Position numbers and translations under genes: made by a program | The notes under the pieces: generated by a model | Databases searched by the model: none | The model's input: only the letters and a program-made list of their open reading frames with translations | Told to the model about the DNA's origin: nothing | NCBI RefSeq assembly: GCF_000007985.2 | Contig: NC_002939.5 | Coordinates: forward strand, 600,001-632,000 | Direction: 5' to 3' | Source of the DNA: Geobacter sulfurreducens PCA | GTDB lineage: Bacteria; Desulfobacterota; Desulfuromonadia; Geobacterales; Geobacteraceae | DNA length: 32,000 bases | Part shown: one piece after another, positions 22,536 to 28,849 of the stretch | Numbering within the stretch: position 1 is the stretch's first letter | Layout of the letters: each line of letters opens with the position of its first letter

Positions 22536-22558
22536 AAAAAAGGCCGCAGAAGCGGCCC
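22536..22558 (-). terminator. Riboswitch expression-platform terminator
   Basis: The minus strand reads GGGCCGC-ttct-GCGGCC followed by TTTTTT, between the TPP aptamer and the thiS SD. Confidence 0.75.
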
Positions 22559-22584
22559 ATGGGTTGTGGTGATCCATGTTCTAT

Positions 22585-22718
22585 CGCTTCCCTACGCCGG
22601 TATTACCCGGATCAGGTTCGAAGGGTCGCCCTGCCGCTCCGTGCCGCGTTATTCCCTGTTATCCGGGCGCGGTCCGAACGGCATCACAGACGGGCTCTCA
22701 GCCGAAACTCCCCTAGCG
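22585..22718 (-). promoter_or_regulatory. TPP (THI-box) riboswitch aptamer
   Basis: The minus strand reads CGCTAGGGGAGTTTCGGCTGAGAGCCCG ... GACCCTTCGAACCTGATCCGGGTAATACCGGCGTAGGGAAGCG. This matches the conserved GGGG..CUGAGA and ACCC..AACCUGAUCCGG.UAAUACCGGCG.AGGGA cores, with a long P3 insertion. Confidence 0.9.
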
Positions 22719-22761
22719 GTTCGATGGTATGTGATTGTCGAAACAGTCTAACGCTCAGACA

Positions 22762-22790
22762 AAGCTAGCAATTCTCCCCATTTTCGTCAA
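22762..22790 (-). promoter_or_regulatory. Candidate sigma-70 promoter of thi operon (TTGACG-N17-TAGCTT)
   Basis: Minus strand: TTGACG (22790-22785), 17-nt spacer, TAGCTT (22767-22762), about 40 nt upstream of the aptamer. Confidence 0.5.
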
Positions 22791-22828
22791 GCCTTTTCCC
22801 GCCCCGGCCGCTGGGGCTGCCCCGGCCG

Positions 22829-23359
22829 CTACTCTCTGCGGTTCCGGTCGATGGTGTCGATAATCTCTTGGTCCTTGCGGATCGCTTCAGAGCAGAAGTT
22901 CCAGATGTGGTAGCTCTCAAGTCCCAGGATGGTGATTCCCGCCACGAAAACGGCCCAGTAGTTGTCATTCAGCGCCCTTGCAAAATGGTAGAACAGATAG
23001 AAGGCTGTCAGGTATCCCACGTGGGCGAACCCGCTGTACTGTTCCGCTCCCCCCATCATCCGGGCCAGTATGAGGATGATGGCAGAGAAGGTATAGAGCA
23101 TGAGTACCCCGCTGATCATGGTCGCTGAAGGCGGTTTCCCCAGGAATGCCCGGACCTGGTCCGACATGGGTGGCAGGAAGCTGAAGTCCCAGAGGGCAGC
23201 GGTGCTTACCGCAAGGAACAGGGCCATGGCCCACAGCCCACGGCTTGCCGTGACGCGGTAGCGGCGGATGCGCCCAACCGCTTCCTGTCTTACCAGGTCG
23301 CGGTTGGGCGGTGAAATGCCATTGTCGTGTGAGGGGGAACGTTCGGTTGTTCGCTTCAT
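22829..23359 (-). CDS. Hypothetical integral membrane protein (about 4 TM), position equivalent to CbcE of Geobacter Cbc5 cluster
   Basis: Hydrophilic N-terminus of about 40 aa followed by four hydrophobic segments. Starts 35 nt downstream of the 23395..24246 gene. No recognisable motif. Confidence 0.6.
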   Translation of the reverse strand: MKRTTERSPSHDNGISPPNRDLVRQEAVGRIRRYRVTASRGLWAMALFLAVSTAALWDFSFLPPMSDQVRAFLGKPPSATMISGVLMLYTFSAIILILARMMGGAEQYSGFAHVGYLTAFYLFYHFARALNDNYWAVFVAGITILGLESYHIWNFCSEAIRKDQEIIDTIDRNRRE

Positions 23360-23394
23360 GGGTGCCGTTTCGATGCGCTGGCCTGACGACGGCG

Positions 23395-24246
23395 TCAGGA
23401 GCGGTTCCCGCGGTCGCCGGCCGGTCCGTCTTGGGTGGCCTCGTCCGGTGACTCGCGCCGCTCTTTCAACTGGTGGGCCAACTCCTGGTAGGCCCGGGCC
23501 AGCTCTCCCACTTCATCGCGGTAGGCTGGTGCCTTACGGCTCAGGTCTCCCCTCTTGACGGCGGAGACGTAATCGGCCAGTTCCCGGACCGGCAGCAGCA
23601 CATTCCGGCGCAGCAGGGCCGAGACCCCTCCCACGGTCAGCAACAGCACCATCAGGCAGAAGACGATCATCCTCCCCTGCATGACGTTGAGGGTTTTCTG
23701 AAGCGGGGCTTCGGACAGGCCTATGTCGAGGGTGCCGAGCACCTTCTGGCTCGGGCTGTGAACGTGGCACGCTGCGTTGAAACATTCGGGCTCATTGTAG
23801 ACGGGAACGGTTATGGCGATGACGTGCCGCCCCTTTTCATTGATGAAGCGGCGCGCTTGATCCATACGCCCCATGCTGGTGAGGGGAACCGGGCCGGAGT
23901 GGCAGGCCACGCATCCCGCCTCCTTTTTGTCCAGGAGTTTTCCGATGTCCTCGGGGTGGGCCGAAAACATGATCACCCCTTTTTTGTTGAAGATGCGGGC
24001 GTGCTCGACTCCTTTCTGCTGCCCCACGTTGTCAATGATGTTGCGCAGGGTTTCCCGGTCGTCCTTGAGCATGGCATAGCGCGCCGACTTGACGATGGTA
24101 TCCGCCAGATTGGTCTCATGCTGGATGGCATCATTCAGCATGTCGGTCTTGATGACCGAGTAAAGGAGGATGCAGCAGACAATGACGAACCCTGTTACGG
24201 CAATAGCCGGCGGGACGATGGCTTTTGCGGCGAAACTCCGGGGCAT
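23395..24246 (-). CDS. Membrane sensor-like protein: periplasmic domain with two heme-binding motifs (CxxCH + Cx4CH), TM, HAMP, no output domain
   Basis: TM1, then a periplasmic domain with GCVACH and CFNAACH, then TM2 and HAMP (LLPVRELADYVSAVKRGDL...EVGELARAYQEL), then a short charged tail. The N-terminal 200 aa are clearly paralogous to the kinase at 30359..31969. Confidence 0.8.
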   Translation of the reverse strand: MPRSFAAKAIVPPAIAVTGFVIVCCILLYSVIKTDMLNDAIQHETNLADTIVKSARYAMLKDDRETLRNIIDNVGQQKGVEHARIFNKKGVIMFSAHPEDIGKLLDKKEAGCVACHSGPVPLTSMGRMDQARRFINEKGRHVIAITVPVYNEPECFNAACHVHSPSQKVLGTLDIGLSEAPLQKTLNVMQGRMIVFCLMVLLLTVGGVSALLRRNVLLPVRELADYVSAVKRGDLSRKAPAYRDEVGELARAYQELAHQLKERRESPDEATQDGPAGDRGNRS

Positions 24247-24307
24247 GAGGGCTCCTTTAAAAAAAGGTTTTCATGTTGAAGGTTATCCTCAATTACACAA
24301 AATGCAA

Positions 24308-24334
24308 GGGCGGGGTACGCTCCCCCGCCCTTTT
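24308..24334. terminator. Hairpin terminator downstream of the 12-heme cytochrome gene
   Basis: GGGCGGGG-tacgctc-CCCCGCCC with T-rich sequence on both sides. Confidence 0.5.
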
Positions 24335-24362
24335 CGTAGCTGGTTACCGTGATGTCATGCGG

Positions 24363-25352
24363 TTACATGTTGTGGCACTTGACGCAGTCTTCCCGGACGC
24401 TGAAGGCGGTCTTGCCGTTGTGGCAGGCGCCGCACGACTTGCCCTTCTCCATTTCGTGCATCGTCACGACCTTCGTGTTGCGACCCGTCTTGTAGAGCTT
24501 GTTGTGGCAATCGGAGCACGTGTACATGGAGAGGTGCAGGGCATGGCTGAAGGTGGCAGGACCGGCTCCCTTGACCTTGTAGTTCACTTCTTTCACCGGG
24601 TGGCACTTGGCGCACTGCTTCACGTCGAAGACCGATTTGCCGTTGTGGCAGGCACCGCACGATTTACCTTTCTCCATGGCGGCCATGCCGACCGGCTTGT
24701 TCCTTCCCGGCACATAGAGTTTGTTGTGACACTGGTCGCACTTCATCTTGCCGGCGTGCAGCTTGTGGCTGAAGATTATCTTGCCCGTGCCGGGCGAAGA
24801 GAGGAGGACCTCCTTCACCATGTGGCAGGTGGCGCATTCATTGAGACCGAAGGCGGTCTTGCCGTTGTGGCAGGCGCCGCACGACTTGCCTTTTTCCATG
24901 TCGGCCATGGTTGCGCGCTTGTTTGGGCCGGCGTTGAAGAGTTTGGGGTGGCAGGCATTGCAGTTGTCATAGACGGCCAAATGTTTCTGGTGGCTGAAGG
25001 GGGTCGGCCCCGTGGACTTGACCTGATACGTGATCTCTTTCACTGCGTGACAGCGGGCACATTCCTTCAGGGGGAATACTCCCTCCTTGCCATTATGGCA
25101 GGCGCCGCACGATTTGCCCTTTTCCATGTCGGCCATGGTGTACGAGACCTTCTTCCTGAGGCTGAAGATCCCGTCGTGACACGCCTTGCAGTTATTTTCT
25201 ATCCCCTTCTTGCCGATGTGAGCCTTGTGGCTGAAGACTACCCGACCGGCGTCCTTCGTTTGGAATACCGCATCTTTGATGGTGATGCCGTAGGCGAAAC
25301 CGGCAAGTGAGATGATACATACCGCGAGAAGGGGTAAACAGCGGAATCTCAT
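24363..25352 (-). CDS. cbcC: Periplasmic dodecaheme c-type cytochrome built from four triheme modules
   Basis: Signal peptide MRFRCLPLLAVCIISLAGFAYG and 12 CxxCH motifs in four ~75-aa repeats (CxxCH, M..MEKGKSCGACHNGK, CxxCH). ATG 25352 has SD aggagg. The symbol rests on remembered Geobacter Cbc5 gene order and is unverified. Confidence 0.85.
   Translation of the reverse strand: MRFRCLPLLAVCIISLAGFAYGITIKDAVFQTKDAGRVVFSHKAHIGKKGIENNCKACHDGIFSLRKKVSYTMADMEKGKSCGACHNGKEGVFPLKECARCHAVKEITYQVKSTGPTPFSHQKHLAVYDNCNACHPKLFNAGPNKRATMADMEKGKSCGACHNGKTAFGLNECATCHMVKEVLLSSPGTGKIIFSHKLHAGKMKCDQCHNKLYVPGRNKPVGMAAMEKGKSCGACHNGKSVFDVKQCAKCHPVKEVNYKVKGAGPATFSHALHLSMYTCSDCHNKLYKTGRNTKVVTMHEMEKGKSCGACHNGKTAFSVREDCVKCHNM
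24411..25127 (-). repeat. Four in-frame copies of a 42-nt core (encoding MEKGKSCGACHNGK) spaced 222-228 nt apart
   Basis: Cores lie at 24411-24452, 24636-24677, 24858-24899 and 25086-25127. Copies 1 and 3 share a stretch of more than 40 nt of identical sequence. Confidence 0.9.
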
Positions 25353-25405
25353 GGTAGCCTCCTGTGACAAGTGGATACTGTATGCTGTATGCACAAAGCA
25401 GCTGG

Positions 25406-25434
25406 ATTATAAGTAACAGGTCTAGATTAGTCAA
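25406..25434 (-). promoter_or_regulatory. Near-consensus sigma-70 promoter for the dodecaheme gene (TTGACT-N17-TATAAT)
   Basis: Minus strand: TTGACT (25434-25429), exact 17-nt spacer, TATAAT (25411-25406), about 50 nt upstream of ATG 25352. Confidence 0.7.
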
Positions 25435-25485
25435 TTTTAAATACTGTTTCCGGTCTGGCAGGCGGTGGATTTCCGGCGATTTCCA

Positions 25486-25520
25486 TAAAAAAGGCGAAAC
25501 GGATCGGACCGTTTCGCCTT
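25486..25520 (-). terminator. Rho-independent terminator ending the cbcA-cbcB operon
   Basis: The minus strand reads AAGGCGAAACGG-tccgat-CCGTTTCGCCTT followed by TTTTTAT. Confidence 0.85.
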
Positions 25521-25539
25521 TGGCTCTGCCGGGAGGTAT

Positions 25540-26196
25540 TCAGTGATGCTCAACCTCTTCCCAGCCATCCCACATGGGTTTGAAGTGAGCAAGGGGGGTG
25601 TGCCCCATGGTGGCAAGGTAGACGTGGACGAAGAGGAAGGCGAAGAAGCAGCACGCAATCAGGAAGTGTGCGCTTACGAGGATTTTGAGCCCTCCCATGA
25701 GCAGGATCAGTTCGCGAAGAGGTGCTACGTTCAGAATCAGGATGCCGGTCACGATCACAAGAGGCATCAGGGCGAGCATGAGTCCCATGTAGGCCACCTT
25801 CTGCATGGGGTTGAACTTGTCGTCGGGGGTGGCGTGATGGGGGCTTTGTCCCCCTTTGAAGAAGTAGTAGAAGTAGTAGAGCACCTGCCGGAAGATTCCC
25901 ATTTTGATGTCGTAAGTGTTCGGTACATAGAGCTTGAACAGGTTGCCCTTGACGATCAGGTAATAGGCAAACCAGATGGCATAGAAGATCGATACCGTGA
26001 TCCCTGCCGTGTTGTGGAGCCTGATGGCTGCCTTGTAGGTCCCGAAGATGTTCACATATTCGGGGAAGCGGATCTGGATGCCGGTCAGGCAGAGGGTCAC
26101 GATCCCGAGGGCGTTGATCCAGTGCCAGATCCTGATCGGCATCGGGGTGAGGTAGATGAATTCCTTATGTTCGGCATGCTCGTTATGGGCGCTCAT
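25540..26196 (-). CDS. cbcB: Membrane diheme b-type cytochrome (Ni/Fe-hydrogenase cytochrome b / PhsC family), CbcB-like
   Basis: About 5 TM. Conserved His in TM helices (IRIWHWINALG, RLHNTAG, SAHFLIA..FLFVHVYL). The start lies 3 nt after the cbcA stop. Confidence 0.8.
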   Translation of the reverse strand: MSAHNEHAEHKEFIYLTPMPIRIWHWINALGIVTLCLTGIQIRFPEYVNIFGTYKAAIRLHNTAGITVSIFYAIWFAYYLIVKGNLFKLYVPNTYDIKMGIFRQVLYYFYYFFKGGQSPHHATPDDKFNPMQKVAYMGLMLALMPLVIVTGILILNVAPLRELILLMGGLKILVSAHFLIACCFFAFLFVHVYLATMGHTPLAHFKPMWDGWEEVEHH

Positions 26197-26199
26197 GGC

Positions 26200-27249
26200 T
26201 CAGTGCTCCTTTCTGTTTTTCCTGGTCAGGAATCTGAAGGTCCCGTGAATCCCCGCGAAGGCGATGCCGCCGCTTACTATCAGTCCGCCGATGATGGACA
26301 GTGCCATGCTGCGGGTGGAGCCCATCATGTAGAAGTCGGGGGTCCCGTAGAGAAGGTCGAGGACCGCACCTTTTTCAACCGCAACGCGGCTGTAGGTGCC
26401 GTTTTTGTCGGGGAATGCGACGAAGCTCGTCTGCATTGCCCGGGGACCCGATGCGTGACAGAAGGTGCAGTCCCAGCGGTTATCCAGAATCTGGTAGGTG
26501 TGGGTCACTTTTTCAGGGGTCATCATCCCCCAGAGTCTCATGCCGTCGTGTCTGGCGCTTTTGTTGAACGAGCGCAGCTCGGCCAATGAGATGTAGTTGT
26601 CGTTATTGGTGTCGATGATCGCCTTCACGTCCCGGTCGCCGGGGAGGGTGCGGGAGAGATCTTCATAGGTCGCCGTTTTGAAGTCGCTCTGGGGTTTTTC
26701 CCCGGCCCGCTTCTGGATGTACAAGGTGATCACGTAGTTTTCGGAACCGGTGTGGCAGGTGATGCACGGCAGAGCATCGATATGCAGATCCGCCTGAGGA
26801 AGCCATTTGCTGTGAACTTCGATCATTTTTGCCGTCTCATGGCATTTAGCGCACATGGCGTTCATGTCCCGGCCGGAAGTCAGGGCGGGCGGCTTCACCG
26901 TATGGGGGTCGTGGCAGTCCGCGCAGCCGGCATTATTGGCGTGGAGGCTCGCGGTGTATTCTTTGGCGATCGGTGAATGGCATTCACGGCACGCAGCCCG
27001 TGAGGGGCGGATGCCATCGTCGGGGTGGCTCGCAGTGACACTGTCATGACACGAGGTGCAGCCGATGATGGCGTGGGTGGTACGGCTGTATTTTGCGGCA
27101 TCAATATAGAGGTGGGAACCGCTCTTCCCGATATCCTTACTGCTGTGGCAGCTGAGGCAGGCATCGGCCGTTTTGTCTTCAGCCAGAGCCGCGGCGGGGA
27201 GTATCGCGAGGAGCGACAGCACAATTGCCGTCTTCCGTAGGGTGCGCAT
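26200..27249 (-). CDS. cbcA: Heptaheme c-type cytochrome with C-terminal membrane anchor, CbcA-like
   Basis: Signal peptide [23 protein letters not shown]. Seven CxxCH motifs (CLSCH, CTSCH, CRECH, CADCH, CAKCH, CITCH, CTFCH). C-terminal [25 protein letters not shown] 27249 has SD aaggagg. Confidence 0.85.
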
Positions 27250-27275
27250 CGTGTGCCTCCTTGAAGTGATGTCGG

Positions 27276-27333
27276 GGCCGGCCCCCAAGGGCCGGCCGGG
27301 CTCCGTGGCGCGCGGAGGTGTCGCTCCCGCGCC
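27276..27333 (-). promoter_or_regulatory. Two consecutive GC-rich stem-loops inside the operon, just upstream of cbcA
   Basis: GGCCGGCCC-ccaa-GGGCCGGCC (27276-27297, perfect 9 bp) and GGCGCG(c)GGAG-gtgtcg-CTCCCGCGCC (27307-27333). Neither is followed by a T-run. Confidence 0.5.
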
Positions 27334-27339
27334 GATTGG

Positions 27340-27573
27340 CTAGTGGCGTGCCTCTTCCTTGGCCATGGTCGGTTCTTTCTGGAGCCCCTTGGCAAAGCCG
27401 AGCATCATGAGAACGGCGGGCATCAGCTGCGCCACGATGATGAGCGCGCAGAATCCGAGGAATATCCATACGAAGACGCCGCTGTTGTCTTCCCGTGCTC
27501 CCGAGGCTGCCAGAGCCGGTACGACGCTGCCGAGCCAAAGTGCCGCTGCCTGTGTGATCGTTGTGGGTTTCAT
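27340..27573 (-). CDS. Small (77 aa) signal-peptide plus single-TM protein, paralog of 28090..28332
   Basis: MKPTTITQAAALWLGSVVPALAASGAREDN...FLGFCALIIVAQLMP...KGL aligns along its length with the 80-aa ORF. SD gaaggagg lies upstream. Confidence 0.65.
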   Translation of the reverse strand: MKPTTITQAAALWLGSVVPALAASGAREDNSGVFVWIFLGFCALIIVAQLMPAVLMMLGFAKGLQKEPTMAKEEARH

Positions 27574-27646
27574 GGCTGTTTCCTCCTTCGAGTTTTATGG
27601 CTCCTGCTATTGATGATCGAGTTGCTCTGGTCGATGAACCGGATCG

Positions 27647-28039
27647 CTATCGCGCCGGCCGGCAACTGAGCAGGCTGTCGAACGCGCAGCGAACGGCTTG
27701 GCGTATTTCTTCCTTATCCTCCGGCTTGCTGGGCTTCAGGGCGTGATAGAAAATCCCTTCTTTGCGGAGTTTTCTCATGGTCGGCAGAGACGCCTCATCT
27801 GACACCAGGATGATTGTCAGGTCACGGTTGCATTTTTTGAGCAGGGGGACCAGTTCGCCAGCCTTGAACTCATCGAACTCGCTCCCCATCAGGACAACCT
27901 GGGCCGCCCTCTTGAGGATTCCGTAGATCGCGTTGGCCGCCGAGTTGGTCACGATGACGTTGTACCCCGCCTCAATGAAGAGATCAGCCATCTGCTTGCG
28001 AGCTTCCGTATCATTGTCCGCTATGAGAAGTCCTAACAT
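27647..28039 (-). CDS. Stand-alone receiver-domain protein lacking the phospho-acceptor Asp (pseudo-receiver)
   Basis: CheY-like fold order. The beta1 pocket reads LLIADND. Beta3 ends VVLMG, with Gly where Asp57 is expected. Ser (ILVSD) and Lys (HALKP) are retained. Confidence 0.8.
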   Translation of the reverse strand: MLGLLIADNDTEARKQMADLFIEAGYNVIVTNSAANAIYGILKRAAQVVLMGSEFDEFKAGELVPLLKKCNRDLTIILVSDEASLPTMRKLRKEGIFYHALKPSKPEDKEEIRQAVRCAFDSLLSCRPAR

Positions 28040-28089
28040 GGTCGTCCCTCTCTCTGTCGGCTTCGCTGTGGCAGCTCGTTCCGCGCCGC

Positions 28090-28332
28090 TTACGCCGTTT
28101 CGTTGCCCGATGTTCCGGTGGCGATATCTTTCGCCGGCCTGATAAACAGTCCCTTGACCATCGCTGCGAAGAGCATGAGCCCCGGCAGGAGTTGGAACAC
28201 GATGATCAGTGCGCCGAATGCGAGAAACATGGTTACCAGCAGGCCGTTCGCTTCTGATTCAGCGCCGCTGGCCGCCCATACCGTCCCTCCCGTTGCCAGT
28301 GTTACCATCAGTGCTTTCGACGTCGTTTTCAT
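28090..28332 (-). CDS. Small (80 aa) signal-peptide plus single-TM protein, first gene of the sigma-54 operon
   Basis: MKTTSKALMVTLATGGTVWAASGAESEAN...FLAFGALIIVFQLLP...KGL. SD gggagga lies upstream and the sigma-54 promoter 48 nt upstream. Confidence 0.65.
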   Translation of the reverse strand: MKTTSKALMVTLATGGTVWAASGAESEANGLLVTMFLAFGALIIVFQLLPGLMLFAAMVKGLFIRPAKDIATGTSGNETA

Positions 28333-28379
28333 ATCAATCCTCCCTGATCCGGAGATGTGAGCCTTTTGATTTCAGGTAG

Positions 28380-28395
28380 TGCACCCCGTATGCCA
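28380..28395 (-). promoter_or_regulatory. Sigma-54 (-24/-12) promoter
   Basis: The minus strand reads TGGCATACGGGGTGCA against the consensus TGGCACG-N4-TTGCW. The GG and GC dinucleotides have exact spacing. Confidence 0.7.
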
Positions 28396-28584
28396 GGATG
28401 AGTTTTATTTATTAAAATTTTCTATTGTACTGAAATGACAGGGGTATTTTGCAGGCCAGAATGGTGCGAGTCTTTTCGAGCGAGTGAGGGCTGTATGGTT
28501 GCCCTATACACGGTAGCCAATGGTGTCTGGCTCGCTGCGAGACCGCGTGTTATGTAACTGGCTGAAGTTGCGGGCATTGTCGGC

Positions 28585-28604
28585 TTCGGATACTGTGTAT
28601 AAAA
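28585..28604. promoter_or_regulatory. Inverted repeat GTGTATA-aaaaaa-TATACAC, candidate enhancer (UAS) for the sigma-54 activator
   Basis: Perfect 7-bp arms. Centred about 200 bp upstream of the -24 element and about 100 bp upstream of the regulator's own -35. A weaker TGTAT-N9-ATACA lies at 28492-28510. Confidence 0.4.
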
Positions 28605-28699
28605 AAATATACACTTAGTTTGCAGTGTAACATGTTGAAATTGCTAGATGCTGATGAAAGGTGTATGCATCACTTTTTACCTGCGCGTTGTCAATGGGT

Positions 28700-28728
28700 T
28701 TGACTTCCCCTCCTGATTGATGTAATTT
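28700..28728 (+). promoter_or_regulatory. Candidate sigma-70 promoter for the sigma-54 activator gene (TTGACT-N17-TAATTT)
   Basis: TTGACT at 28700-28705, 17-nt spacer, TAATTT at 28723-28728. Confidence 0.5.
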
Positions 28729-28849
28729 AAAAACAACTAATATTTACCTTTATTTGTCAGGGGGTTAATCTGTCTGGAACCATAGAGTTCAGTCGCTGTT
28801 CTCATGAATAAATGGGGTAGGGGCGGCAACGGAAAGGGGATGGTGGCGG

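Noticed and set aside
24411-25127. Regularly spaced 42-nt repeats that could look like a CRISPR array
   Set aside because: The repeats are in frame inside a single ORF and encode the MEKGKSCGACHNGK heme-binding segment. The spacing of about 225 nt equals one protein module. There are no cas genes and no leader.
24247-25540. GEMM-I/GEMM-Ib (c-di-GMP / cGAMP) riboswitch upstream of cytochrome genes, as known for some Geobacter cytochromes
   Set aside because: The leaders of the dodecaheme gene, of the HAMP-only sensor and of the sigma-54 operon lack the paired GCAAA / ACGCAAAGC tetraloop-receptor cores.
24273-26589. Plus-strand ORFs 24273..25310 and 25543..26589 opposite the cytochrome genes, and 28802..29731 (-) opposite the sigma-54 regulator
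   Set aside because: They are antisense to genes with dense CxxCH, heme b or AAA+ motifs. Their own translations have no signal peptide, motif or SD.
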